This document shows, one piece after another, positions 28,531-41,877 of a stretch of DNA of 64,000 nt (positions are counted from its first letter, which is position 1; each line of letters begins with the position of its first letter). The translations under genes and the position numbers were made by a program. Below the pieces are notes generated by a model. That model worked only from the letters and a program-made list of their open reading frames with translations. It did no database searches and was not told the DNA's origin. This stretch comes from Octopus vulgaris (Eukaryota). The stretch covers positions 155,682,001-155,746,000 of the forward strand of contig OX597815.1 in the NCBI GenBank assembly GCA_951406725.2, in the 5' to 3' direction.

Positions 28531-29803
28531 GACACTAATACAATCCACAATTTCTTTGGAAACGATCTAATAACCTATACTTAAAACATTTACAATGCTG
28601 AGAAACAGCTGGGTTTAGTTACAGTATTTTCTGCTAATATAAGCCCAAAGAAAGAATCATGATTGATAGCTGAAAATGGTAAAACTGTTTCCTAAACCCA
28701 AAACGCTTTACAGATAGCCTAAAAAAATTTGATAAAAACATAACAAATAGAAAACGAATTGAAAGACCCTCAATAATTAGAACAACGTATCATTAAACAT
28801 CATTAGGGTTGGAGCATACCATGATTCTGATCATATTTATTCACCAAACACTCTGACAGGGTCTGCAAGCAATTCAGGTGTCAAAATGAACAAGAAAGGG
28901 CCTAAATGATTGGTCTATTTTGCATAAAGTATTTATTACACACGGAAAATTATTCTTTTGAGCAGCTCCTCTCTGACATGTGTAATCTCACATTTTGACA
29001 TATTTGCCCATGTTGTTTTCCAAAATGCTTTTGTAATCCATTTGGTTCATCCATTTTGTTACTTATTTTCTATGAGATGTAATATGATAACCATGTTGCT
29101 TTCATTGAGCTGCAGCTCTAACTTTTTCTGTTACTTTCCCTTTTGATTTGACTTTTTTTTCTCTTTGGGTCTATTTTCTTTCATTTGTTTTTCCTTCAAA
29201 GTTTGCCCTTCTTGATCCTTGTCTATCTCTTCTAGCTCAGTACTACCAAGCGTCCTCACTCTCTTCTGGGACCAAAGATAAGACAGGTTATCTGGCTACC
29301 CTTGGATCTACAGTCAGTGATGTGAATGCTGCTGGTATTAGAGTTCCTAAAGTTGTCACCAATGGTTTTCTGGTGGTTAGGGCTTGCTGCTGTCTGTTAC
29401 CTTTTCTTCTCCTTTATTTCTCTTTCTATTTAGATAAAAAAAAAACTCTCAAATGGTTCTTGCTACATCAGCTGTAACAACTAAGCTTTTAGCCCTGCAC
29501 CACCAATTTTATGACTTTGATTTTCATGCTCTCAACTGGACACAACTCTGAAATGAACCTTTAGTTTTCAACAGAGTCATTGGGACTTGTAGGTTCATTC
29601 TTATACATCTCATACCTTATGTCATAAACCCTGCTCTAAACATTCACCTATACTGTAATACAAGAGTGACAATGAGCCAGGGATCAATACCATTGCCTAG
29701 TGGCCTTCACCTTCATGTTTCTTTGGGCTCAAAGTATATGGATATGAATGTGAGGCTGCAATTTTGGTTTGCCTTTTAGCTGTACCCATGGTGCTAAATA
29801 ATA

Positions 29804-29944
29804 TTAGGTTGTCCCAAAAGTTCGTAAACACTTGCGAAAATTGAATTTTTACTTGCCAAGTACTAACAAAAACAACAAAAATTATTCCTCAAAATAAAGA
29901 CCATTATTTTCCAAGACTTTCTACGAACTTTTGGGACAACCTTA
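29804..29944. mobile_element. 141-bp mariner-derived MITE
   Basis: TA-flanked TIRs ttaggttgtcccaaaagttcgta / tacgaacttttgggacaacctta. Internal minus-strand KVLENNGLYFEE* resembles a mariner C-terminus. Confidence 0.88.
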
Positions 29945-30339
29945 TAAGTAGATGGTCTCATATGTTTTGCCTTGTTGGATAGTTCCACCTCCAACTTCTG
30001 TTCTGAAGGCAACCGAAAGCCATTACCATTTCTTAATGAATATAAACATATAACCTTCCTCCTTGCCAATTCTGGGATGTATTCTTCAGGTTAGGCTAAT
30101 TAATTAATGCTGTTCTGCATAATTCTGTCAAAATCAAATATTTTGGAAAATTTACTAATGTATAATTCCATCTGTAGGTTTTTTCTTTTATTAAACTAGT
30201 TACTGAGGCAAAACTGTCACATTTAGAATTGCTTTCATTTATATTTTCACAAGAGACATGTCTGTGTGCATGTGTGTAAAAGAGTTGTTGCTGTTATTTA
30301 TGCTATCATCTACATTCTGTATTTCAGTATTAATGAATT

Positions 30340-30960
30340 CAGTATCATAGTGTCCAACAGGGACTTCTTTTATCAATTCTGAAAGGATAAAAGGCAAAGT
30401 TGACCACAGTGGAATAATAATGATATTGGTTTCAAAATTTGAAATATCGTCAGCAATTTCAGGGGATTACATTGACCCTAGGGATCAACTGCTTCTTATT
30501 TTATCAACCCTGAAATGATGAAAGGCAACATCAATCTCAGTAGAATTTGAACTTAGAAGGTAAGAAATACTGCTAAGCATCTTTCCTAGCATGGTAATGA
30601 TTCTGCCAACAACAACAACAACAAGGCCATAGTCTTGAGGGAAGGTGGTTAGTTGATCATATCAACCCAACTACTTGACTGGAACTTAATTTACCAACCT
30701 CCAAAGGATGAAAGCAAAGTTGACGGTGGGATTTGAATTCTGATTGTAAAGAAATGGAACAAATAAACAACAACAACAATAGTTTGTAGTTTTGTCACAA
30801 AGCCAGCAAATTTCGATAGGAAGGGACTAGTCTATACCATTGACCCTTGTGCTTCACTGTTACTTTATTTTATCGGTCCTGGTGGGAACTGAACACAGAA
30901 CATAAAGAATGTGAGAAATACCGTAAAACCTTTTTTGCAAGGCTGTAATTTTTCCAGCTT
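30340..30960 (-). mobile_element. Cluster of degraded family C-related SINEs (similar copies at 1-100, 57480-57632, 58330-58555, 60590-60795)
   Basis: Repeated gaaagg(a)tgaaaggcaaagttgac...gaatttgaact motifs. Confidence 0.7.
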
Positions 30961-31364
30961 ATTAATCACCAGGATCTTCAGACTCTGGGCATCACTGAGG
31001 GACTGGGAGATGGGGCAATTTGCTGTACTTGATAAGACATGTCTTCCACACATACAGGATTGTCCTTTTAGGTGCGAGTGCCACCTAAAAAGCACCCATT
31101 CTGGTGCTACGTAAACACATCCGTGTCAGTAGCACATTAAAAGCACCCAACACACTCTGTTAAGTGGTTGGCATTAGGAAGGCCATCCAACCATAGAAAC
31201 CATGCCACAACAGACAGTTGGAGTCTGGACAGCTCCCAGCTAGCTAGCTCAATGCCAAACTGTTCAACCTATGCTAGCATGGAGAGGAGACATTAAATGA
31301 TGATGGTGATGATGATGATGATGACTGTAATCAATAACATTTATATCATATATGTATGACTTAC

Positions 31365-32178
31365 CCTTATTGCTTCTGCTGGTGTTGGTCCCTGGCATTT
31401 ATCATTCTCATAATACAGCTGAAGGTACTGTGTCTTTAGCCACTGACCTCTTTTGTCAGTTTGGTTCTTGACTTTAGTTGCTGCTTTTACAAGACTCTGT
31501 AAACCTTGAAACCATATTTTGGCCACCATATCTGGTGCTATGAAATAAATCAGTTTGTTTTCCGTTATATTATAGCCATAAACTAGACAAAGGCAATTTT
31601 TCTCTGGCACAAAATTACCTAAACCATATCGTTTACCAATAGCTGCAAAATCAGCAATATCAGCTCCCAAATACACATCTTTTATGATATTTATATCAAT
31701 GAAGCCTTCTTCTAGTCCTTCCATCACATCATCGTCTGTATTATAACGTAGAGATATTGTATTAGATGAAGATAAATCAAAGTCTGATTTCAGAGTGTAA
31801 TCTGGTGGAGAAGGGCTCCCTCTCAGAGCACTCCAGGAAGGTTTCTGCCAAGTAAGTGTTCTGTTATCACTTTCAAGTTTGAGACAAACAACAACAGAAC
31901 GGTTTGTATCAAGTTCATGCCTCACCATTGTACTTCCATGATGCATACACTGTAACTGATGCAGACTGACTTTAGAGATTTTGGGTGTCAGTAAACTGAC
32001 CTCATGATCATTATTGATAGGACAAATTGGTTGGTAAGAATCAAGATCAAGGTCATAATCACTATCACTGTCTTCATCATCTTCATTTCCATGGCTAAAT
32101 TCATGGGGAACCTCACACTTCTCTTCAGCAACTTTCTCTTCTGTTTCATCAACATTGGTTTTATTTGTTAAATTTGCA
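31365..32178 (-). CDS. PLCE1: Phospholipase C epsilon exon, PH domain (814 bp, phase 2 to 0)
   Basis: Within the 307-aa ORF. Acceptor ttttcAG and donor AGG/GTAAGT. Motifs LKLESDNRTLTWQKP, LEEGFIDI..IKDVYLG, FIAPDMVAKIWFQGL, QWLKTQYLQLY and GPTPAEAI match the PLC-epsilon PH region. Confidence 0.96.
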
Positions 32179-33149
32179 CTGAAAAGATAGATGAAACAAC
32201 TGTAAGAATTATTCTTTATAAACAGAAAGGAGCAACTCAGAAATTTCCCTCCATTCCTAATCATTGATTAAGAATGGAATGAATGAGTGATTAATTAGAC
32301 CTACTGACTTCAGAAAATACACACATGATTATTGTAATGTCCATTTAGCATAAGTGAAGTGAAATTGCTACATCGAAGTTGTGTATCAGACTCAGTAACT
32401 CTGACATAAAATAAAGCATTTTATCCAAGAAAGAATGGAGAATGTGTGACATTCATTCATTCTTGAAAGAAATTAGAACTTAAAGTAAAATGAACTGAAT
32501 TCAAACAATGTGAAAACTTGTTCGTTGTTTTGATTTTCTAAAAGTTTATCTGTCTTCAGAGAAATAGTTTCAAAGAATATGTATGATTGCACAATTTTTT
32601 TTTCTTTTCTTAACAATGGTTACATTCTATTTTAGTCAGACATTTCTACAAATTTGGTATTTAACTACTGGAAGTTTGATATTTAACTAATGTAAGCCTG
32701 TCTTAATAGAAAACACATTTATGCAATAGAACTAGTTATTTTCCAACTAGACAGACGAAAGAAAGAAAATTAAGATACTTTACATAAATTTTCATGGTAA
32801 TGGATGAGGCCACTATGAACCTAACACTGAGGTTAAGAAGTGAGCATTTCAACTACAAACCAGATATCTAAATAAGATAAAATTGAAGCAGCATCTGTGG
32901 CTGACATGTCAGTTCTATAATCACAAATTTTTCTTTATAAAATAAATGAAATTCTCTTATTTGTTCATATTCACCTTGTAAATTCTAACTTCATTTCTCA
33001 TATTTTCTCAGTCAATCATTCAGACAGTTTGAAAAATGAGTCCCTAATTGTGAAAGTAAACTCTTGTAATAAACTGTCAGTTTAAATATTTTAATCATTT
33101 TTTAAAAGATTTTATATATATGCTACCAAACATAGCAAATGTAATAAAT

Positions 33150-33485
33150 ACCTCCTTCGATCATGGAAGACCATGGGGTTGTACATAGAAAGTTACCCTC
33201 CAAGACACAAGTCTGGACTGGACAAGGTTGTTTGTGGAATACCTGCAGTCACTCAACACATACCAGCCTCTCCTCTCCAACCACTAATGTTATTCAAAGG
33301 AAAGGCAAAGGCTGATACAGCTTGGTACCAGCACCGCCACAACTCATTTCTACAGCTGAGCGAACTGAAGTAACATGAAATAAAGTGTCTTGTTCATGAA
33401 CACAACACACAACCTGGTTTGGGAATCAAACTTGTACCTCATGATTGTGAGCCCAACATTTGCGCCACTGAGCCATGCACCTTCA
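33150..33485 (-). mobile_element. SINE with the same head and core as 58800-58940 but a different tail
   Basis: Shares gaacaagacactttatttcatgtt..ttcagt.c.ctcagctg core. The 3' part is unrelated to family B. Confidence 0.7.
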
Positions 33486-33918
33486 CAACAATGTAGTAGG
33501 TTTACTGAAACCATTATCATCCTTTTGATATATAACATTTGTTATTCTTATGCTTCAGTTCTGTTATGGTTTAAATGAATATCTCACCAAGACATTGTTT
33601 TAGGGATGGATGCTCTTCCTGTCACAAGCCCTTAACTATTACTTGAATAAGAGATCACTTCTTTCACATATCTTTAACTTCAGGGAATAGTAATGACAAC
33701 ACATTGCTGTTTGTAGCACAGCAATTTTTGGAGAAGTGCAAATGTGAACAATCACACAGACAAACAGTTTGTGTTTACCAAATCTAGCCTCTAAACATCG
33801 ACTGGTCAAAACTTACAGTAGAAGATATTTGCCCAAGATGCCACTCTATGAGATAGAATTTGGGACCATGTGGTAACAAATCTACCCACATATTCATATA
33901 GTCATACTTGCATCCATG

Positions 33919-33952
<34 letters not shown>

Positions 33953-34146
33953 TCATCATCATCATCATCATCATTTAACATCTGCCTTCCATGCTGGCAT
34001 GGGTGGGACAATACACACACACACACACACACACATACACACACACACACATCACCTGTTGGCATCATTAGGCTGTTGCCAACATAATAGAATAGGAGCT
34101 TTTAAATATATATATTCAAAATGCTTCCCGGAAAAGAACTTAAAGG

Positions 34147-34177
<31 letters not shown>

Positions 34178-35016
34178 TCTGCAAACATACAAACATCCAT
34201 CCATCTGAATACCAAAATCTCGCTATTACATTGATGGTCTGTGAGTTTCTGTACATTTTATGATGGTTTATATAAGCCTCTAAACATCACACCTTCACTA
34301 TCTTCTTGCTAATAGTTTATATATATTTCTGTGCACCACACTCTGTCTCAATCCTTGCTGTTCTTTATTATAATGGTTTATATATATATATATATATATA
34401 TTTCTCAAAATATTACATGCTGTTCATTTCCTTGTTAATCTGCATCATAACAGCATGTGTACATTGTTGAAAGGCAATACAGTGTTCATTTACTTGCTGT
34501 GTGTGTGTGTGTGTGTGTGTGTTTGAGTGTACATCTTACTCATAATGGTCTATATAAGACGTTCATTTGAAAGCTATTAAATAAAAAATTTCTGAATGGT
34601 AAATATTATTACAGTTTTCTTACATATTCTTTTACATCTGCTAAATGTGATTTCTTAAAAATTCTGAAAGGTTTTCAAGAAACAGGCTGTCTGCTTCAAG
34701 TGAAAAATTCAATTGGATGTTATATGCTAGGCATATAGAGCAGTGTGAATAAGCCATTTGCTTAAGAATATTAAGTTAATAATGCTCTTCTACACAGATT
34801 TCAGTATTCTGAAATTTAATGAAAGCATGGTTGTGTGGTTGAGAAGGCTGCTGCCCATTCACTTGGCTTTAGGTTCAATCCCACCACATTGTACCTTGGG
34901 CAAGTGGTGTTTACTATAGCCCCTAGGTCAACTAAAGCCTCATGAGCAGATTAAGTAAATAGAAACTGAAAGAAGCTCATTTGTGTGTGCATATGTATGT
35001 TTATGTATGTGTAAAT

Positions 35017-35058
<42 letters not shown>

Positions 35059-35061
<3 letters not shown>

Positions 35062-35590
35062 AGCAACAAGGATATCCAGAGGTAATGCAATACGATTGCT
35101 TCATGCAACTCCATTTAATTGAACAATGCAATCATTACATCAATTTAAAATGCAGAGCAATCCTCAGCTGCACAAAGTCATAGAATTTATTTAAATTAGA
35201 ACAGATGGACACATTGGTATAATTATACCTAAAATCTCCAAGAAGTTAAGAGTAGCTTCTATGCTGGAGTGAAAGTAGCATGTTCTTTGTCTATCTCTTT
35301 AACTTCTTGGAGATTTTTGGTATAATTATACTAATGTATCCATCTGTTCTAATCTAATTAAATTCTATGTCTTTGTGCAGCTGAGGATTGCTCTGCATTT
35401 TAATTTGATGCAATGATTGCACTGCTCAATTAAATGGAGTTGCATGAAACGATCATACTGCATTACCTCTGGATATCCTTGTTGCTTATTTTGATTTTAA
35501 TCACCTTATTTTGAAATTGTATGGATAGTACCATATTAAATTTTGGTGCCTCAACTTAAGTACCATATTCATCTGAATCTAAATTTATAT
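35059..35590. mobile_element. (TA)n-flanked fold-back element, ~190-bp inverted arms, each with a hammerhead motif (Penelope-like pseudo-LTR derivative)
   Basis: Arms at ~35059-35252 and ~35295-35489. Plus arm 35376-35462: TGCAG-CTGAGGA-TTGC...GCAT-GAAA-CGATCA-TA-CTGCA. Minus arm 35172-35086 has GAAG-CAATCG-TA. Confidence 0.7.
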
Positions 35591-35845
35591 ATATATATAT
35601 ATATAAAAATATATATATTTATGATAGTATAAAATACAATTATAATTAAGAGCATAGAAGAGACTATGCCTATACAGAAAATAGATGCCAAATAGTCAAT
35701 CATTTAAAAATTATCACTTTTATAATGTATTTTATACTATTGTAAATCTCTATATATGAATTCGCCTTAATAGGTCTATATTAAGTGCTATATCAGTGCT
35801 GGCCACTGATAAAAAAAAATCCTTAGCAGTTTTATCTTTTATTAT

Positions 35846-35924
<79 letters not shown>

Positions 35925-35929
35925 TGCAC

Positions 35930-36305
35930 ATAAATGCAAAACAAGGTGGTGTAAATAATACTCAACTACCTAAGGTAGAGTAATATGCTTTTTATTAAAT
36001 CCCCCCAAAATCTTCAGAAACTGTTACTCAGATTTTCATGCTGCTGTTCATTGGACAGTCGTAATCACAACTGTCTGATGGACAGTAATGTGAAACTCTG
36101 AGTAACACCTTATGGAGATTTCTTTAAACTTTAATATATATAACAAAGTAAGTACACAAATGTGAAACAAGGTGAAAAAAAATAGTATTTGAATACTGGA
36201 GGTCGAGTAGTGTGCTTTATTATTATTAAAGCTGCAACACCATCACAAAAATATCAAATAAACTGCTACGTAGAACTTTATGTTCCTGTTCGTCGGACAG
36301 TTTAG
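35930..36305. mobile_element. Penelope-like pseudo-LTR remnant: two diverged direct repeats plus an inverted segment, three minimal hammerhead motifs
   Basis: Plus 36072-36107: TGT-CTGATGG-ACA-gtaa-TGT-GAAA-CTC-t-GAG-TA-ACA. Degenerate minus copies at 36020-36059 and 36262-36301. Repeat units both begin aaatg..aaacaaggtg (35932 and 36158). Confidence 0.65.
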
Positions 36306-36358
36306 GTTGAGAATGGAACAAAATGAAGTTTGTATATATAAAATATACAATCTACATT

Positions 36359-36400
<42 letters not shown>

Positions 36401-36405
36401 GACAG

Positions 36406-36436
<31 letters not shown>

Positions 36437-36440
36437 CAGA

Positions 36441-36849
36441 CAGGAGTGGCTGTGTGGTAAGTAGCTTGTTTACCAACCACATGGTTCCGGGTTCAGTTCC
36501 ACTGTGTGGCACCTTGGGCAAGTGTCTTCTACTATAGCCTCGGGCCGACCAAAGCCTTGTGAGTGGATTTGGTAAACGGAAACTGAAAAAAGCCTGTCGT
36601 ATATATGTATATATATATATATGTGTGTGTGTGTGTTTGTGTGTCTGTGTTGTCCCCTTAGCATTGCTTGACAACCGATGCTGGTGTGTTTATGTCCCCG
36701 TCACTTAGCGGTTTGGCAAAAGAGACCGATACAATAAGTACTGGGCTTACAAAGAATAAGTCCCGGGGTCGAGTTACTCGACTAAAGGCGGTGCTCCAGC
36801 ATGGCCGCAGTCAAATGACTGAAACAAGTAAAAGAGTAAAGAGTAAAGA
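36441..36849 (+). mobile_element. SINE family A
   Basis: Same consensus, plus orientation. Confidence 0.9.
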
Positions 36850-37169
36850 GAGACAGATAGATAGATGTCTATGTCTGTGTGTTTGTGCTTCCTTGTCTGG
36901 ATATCATGCTATAGTTTAAAACGAGTGTCACCATCCCAGTCTTCCATGACAACATGTCCATTGTGAAATATTACCTGTTGGGAAACAGGTGAGGGTTGGT
37001 GGCAACAAGAGCACCCAGCTGTATAAAATCTGATTCAATGAATTCTGTCTAACCCATATAAGCATGGAAAAGTTGATTTTAAACTGATGATGATGTATTG
37101 CTAAAGCCATGTGAGTGGTTTTGGTTAATGGAAACTAAATGGAGCCTCTCGTATAAATGTACTGTTTAT

Positions 37170-37560
37170 CAATTACTTGTTTTAGTCCATGGACTGCGGT
37201 CATGCTGGGTTGACTGGTTTAGTGGAACAAATTGGTCCCAGTACATTTAAAAAAAAATCTGGCCCTTATTCTATCAATCACTTTTGCTGATGTGCTAAGT
37301 TATAGGTTCGTAAACAAATCAACTACGATTGTGAAGCAGTGGTGGGGGACAAACACAAAGATACACACATGCACACATACATGCAAGCACACACACACAC
37401 AATGAGCTTCTTTCGGTTTCTGTCTACTAAATCCACTCAAGGCTTTTGTTGGCATGGAGTGATAGCAGAAAACACTTCCTCAAAGTGCCACACAATGGGA
37501 CTGATCCTAGAACCTTGTCACTGGAAAGCAAACTTCTTACCACACTACTATGCCTGCCAT
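37170..37560 (-). mobile_element. Old SINE family A-related copy
   Basis: Diverged match to both head and tail. Confidence 0.7.
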
Positions 37561-38575
37561 ATTATGCATATCTGTGTGTGTATGTTTGTGTGCATCCTTG
37601 TCTAGACATCAAGTGATTGTTGCAAATGTGAGGTTGTTTGTTTCTAGTCTTCATTGCAAATATGTCTTGATAATGGAAAATACTACCTTGCTTAAGAATG
37701 AGGGTTGGTGACAGGAAGGGCATCTGGCTGTAGAAAATCTGTCTCAACAAATTCTGTCCGACCCATGGAAGCATAGGAAAGTGAATGTTAAATGACGATG
37801 ACAATTATGATATTGGTAGAATGTGACACAAGGGAGATTTGATTGTTATTTCTATCAGTTTAAGTGACCTATGAATCTTCTTTGGATTGGCTGTAAACAC
37901 ACACACACACATACACACACGTGCGTGCGTGCACACACACAAAAATGAAACGCTTTAGATCAAAGGTTTGATTGATCAGAGCTGGTCTGAGTTAAATAAT
38001 AACAAGAATAACAAGAGCAATAATAATAATCTACATGGAACTACTTATACACTGTTGTTATGTAAATAATATTTGCTATAGATGTCATGGATTCTCTGAC
38101 AGGGAACAGACAGGAACAGGAACAAACACCAATATCCACAAGCATATTGACTCAACAATACATTCACCGCTCTTGAATGTTAGTGTATTCTGGTATTCTT
38201 TCATTAGTTTCAGTTATTGGAATGTGGTGATGCTAGGTTAGTGACGTTCAAAGATTTAAGTAATGCTGGTAAGAAGTCAGAACTTTATTTTGACAATGAA
38301 ATGGCTAAGTCTACCTTAACCATTTGCTAAATTGACTTTTATTGGTCAATACAAGGCAAGGTAATTTTGTTCAATCTGAATTTAATTTGGCTATCCCTCA
38401 CTGAAACACATGCATATCTTTTTTTTACCGGCTTTAGTCATTGGATTGCAGTCATGCTGGGGTACTGCCTTGAAGGGTTTAACCAGACAAATCAACCTCA
38501 GTCACTATTTTGTTTCTAAGTCTGATATTTATTCTATCAATGTCTTTTGCCAGACTGCAAAGTTATGGTGATATA

Positions 38576-38810
38576 TATTTATTTACTACCCACAAGGGGC
38601 TAAACACAGAGGGGACAAACAAGGACAGACAAACGGATTAAGTCGATTACATTGACTCCAGTGCGTAACTGGTACTTAATTTATCGACCCCGAAAGGATG
38701 AAAGGCAAAGTTGACCTCGGCGGAATTTGAACCCAGAACATAACAGCAGTCGAAATACGGCTACGCATTTCGCCCGGCATGCTAACGTTTCTGCAAGCTC
38801 GCCACCTTAG
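38576..38810 (-). mobile_element. SINE family C with ~14-bp TSD, nested in an old family A copy (38425-38880)
   Basis: TSD gttatggtgatata / gttatggcgatata. Confidence 0.9.
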
Positions 38811-39303
38811 GTTATGGCGATATAAACAAACTAACACCACCAGTCAAGTGGTAGGGTAGAGGACAAAAACAACCTCTCTCTCTCTCACCCACCCACAGAC
38901 ATCAGTCCGCTTATAATCACTGCACTCATACTCTTCTTCTCTCACTCACATTAAGGACCACTTTAGGCCCTTAGCCTTGTAAGATACCAGATCTTCACTC
39001 ATGCTGGTGCCATGAAAAAAGTATCCAGTACACTCTGTAAAGTTAGTTGACATCAGAAGATATCCAGCCATAGACATCATGCCAGAGCAGACTTAGGAGA
39101 ATGATGTTGTCCTCTCCACTTGTCACATCTTGTCGATGTCTGGCATGAGTCAGCATGGAAGAGGGACACTAAATGATGATAAGGTTTAAGGATTTTACTT
39201 TGGAACCGTGTGGTTTGGTATTCCCTCTCATTGTGTGGATACTGACAACTGGTGTCCTCCACTTTAGTCATCAGTAGACTAATATCTTGTGAGGGAAATT
39301 TGG

Positions 39304-39694
39304 TACTCTTTTATTTGTTGCAGTCATTTGACTGTGGCCATGCTGGAGCACCGCCTTTAGTCGAGCAAGTCAACCCCAGGACTTATTCTTTGTAAGCCTA
39401 CTACTTATTCTATCAGTCTCTTTTACCAAACCGCTAAGTTACAGGAACGTAAACACACAGCATCGGTTGTTAAGCGATGTTGGGGGGACAAATACAGACA
39501 CACAAATATATACACACACATACATATATATGATGGGCTTCTTTCAGTTTCCATCTACCAAATCCACTCACAAGGCTTTGGTCGGCCCAAGGCTATAGTA
39601 GAAGACACTTGCCGAAGGTACCATGCAGTGGGACTGAACCCAGAACCATATGGTTGGTAAGCAAGCTACTTACCACACAGCCACTCCTACGCCT
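39304..39694 (-). mobile_element. SINE family A
   Basis: Same consensus as 424-829. Confidence 0.9.
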
Positions 39695-40185
39695 GGTAGA
39701 CAAAAACTGTCAGAAGTTCATTTTGTCTGTGTGTGTGTGTGTGCATGTGTGTGTATTCCACTTGTCAACATACATGCACACTGAATATAAAGAAATGTGT
39801 CACTGTTCATATGTTCATATTGATTGTATCATTTTTGTGTAGATTTTGTAAAAGCATAATCTGGGTTATTTGACATATTTTAGCATGTGTGTACTGATTG
39901 AAAACCGTTTTTAGTCACATAAACGATATTGTTTGTTTGCAGTTTTTCACATACAATATACTTATGCTACTGTGTGTGTGTGTTTGTGTGTGTATTTAGT
40001 AGGCCAGCTGTAATAAGAGAATACAGGTATTTATCTTGGAAAACATATCTACAGACAGAGGCTATATGACAATTGCAAAATGGAATATCCCTTTTGAAAT
40101 TGTTGTTTCAAATAATCAGAAAAATCTGCAAATTCCATTTCCATCATAATGTATGAATAATGAAGATTGAAAATTGGAATTTCAG

Positions 40186-40237
<52 letters not shown>

Positions 40238-40858
40238 CACACACACTCACACAATGTGTGTCCACAAAATTCCATTTGCAAGTGTTTGGTGTGGAATCAG
40301 ATAATAAAAAACATTTAAATTACTACACGTAAGGATCAAATATGGAATCACATGCAGACAAAATAGTCTTCTCAACCACATACTAATTCTCGTGCCATTT
40401 AGATGTTGCCATTAAAATGCATTCCTATAGTTTAAAGTTATTACATAGTTTATTTGTTGGTCTAGTGCACATTACAAATATTTATTTGATTTTCTTTCAA
40501 TTCTTTTTTTTCCTTTCCTTATTTTTTTTCTAAACGTACTTTTAAAGATAACACAATTTAATATGCACAAATTTTTTTTTAAAAATTCAAACATTTTTAC
40601 TTTTAGAAACTAAAATCCATTATTGCTAAAAATCAATATTTATTTAACAACATTTTCAGACATAGACGTTCTGTATTAAAATTTTAAAAAGTTTAGAAAC
40701 AAAAAAATAAAACAAATAATCATTACTGTTTTAACTACCTCACAACTAGCATTGTATTTTGTATCATTAAACACTATTATAAAGCTGCAATCTAGTAATC
40801 AAAAGATTGCTAGAAATTTTAAATCAGGGTGATTGATTAATTGTAAAGAACACATACA

Positions 40859-40896
<38 letters not shown>

Positions 40897-40919
40897 ATTA
40901 TTATATATATATATATAAG

Positions 40920-41020
40920 TTCAGCAAAATTTAGATTCAGATGAATATGGTACTTAAGTCAAAGGCACCAGAATTTTGTATGGTATTATCCATATAAATC
41001 AATGGGGTGATTATAATAAA
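40920..41020. mobile_element. Fragment related to the end of the 35059-35590 element, in opposite orientation, next to (TA)n
   Basis: aaatttagattcagatgaatatggtacttaag..aggcacca is the reverse complement of 35545-35586. Confidence 0.7.
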
Positions 41021-41877
41021 AAATTTACTACTATCATGTTCTTAAGAATGAAATCAACCTCTCTGTCTATATGTCTACCCTCTTTATAATGTTGGCAAAC
41101 AAAATAGAGATAAGAATGTGCATTGTCTGTTTGATTGGAAAATTTCTATAAGTGGCTGAAGATTGCTCGACATTTTAAAACTGATGTAATACTTACAGTG
41201 TTTAATAAAAAAATGAAAATCATTTTCTAAGCAATGCCCGAGTTTCTATTTGCTGTCCAGCAATGTTTACTCAGACACACTTTGTGATGTCGGGCATGAA
41301 AATATTTTAAGCTAAGCCAGAAAGCCATGAAGTCATAAAAGAATCATCCATAACTTGCAGTAAGCAACATTTATTAAACGTTATTACTGTTATTACTTTA
41401 TTTTCTGCAAATAAAAAGCATAAAAAAGCTACACATTTGCATTATGTTATATATACAATAATAATAAAGGACATTACTGTATACAGCTTTACAAACCAAG
41501 GACGTTTTATCGAGACCTCCTTGACTCAAGTTAGAGAAGAGGTGTGTATTATACACAAGGTTTAGGTTTTTCAGAGGTACAGCCTCCTAAAAATCCCCTG
41601 CGTATTATACTCAAGGGTTTAAGATAAAAGTGAAACTGCAAAACATTTGGCATTACTTGAAAGGACATTTTATTTCGATACGTAATTTCTATATCTACCT
41701 GCTCAAAGAAAAACCACTTCTAGCAACCTTTAATAGGCAGTCTCAACACCACTTTCAGTTGAAGTTCAAGCCAGAGTTTTCGTGGTAAACTAGACTGAGC
41801 ATTCATGGTACATATCTATTGCTTTATGTCAGCTGATGAAAGCTCCTTCAATATTATGCATGCATGTATGTATGTAT

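Noticed and set aside
28940-29480. Purine-rich minus-strand segment and a 109-aa plus-strand ORF
   Set aside because: No recognisable domain or splice-consistent frame. Possibly an old TE fragment, but this is unsupported.
41200-41620. Possible pogo/Tigger-like remnant (gcgtattatactcaagg motifs)
   Set aside because: Only weak motif resemblance, and no paired TIRs were identified.
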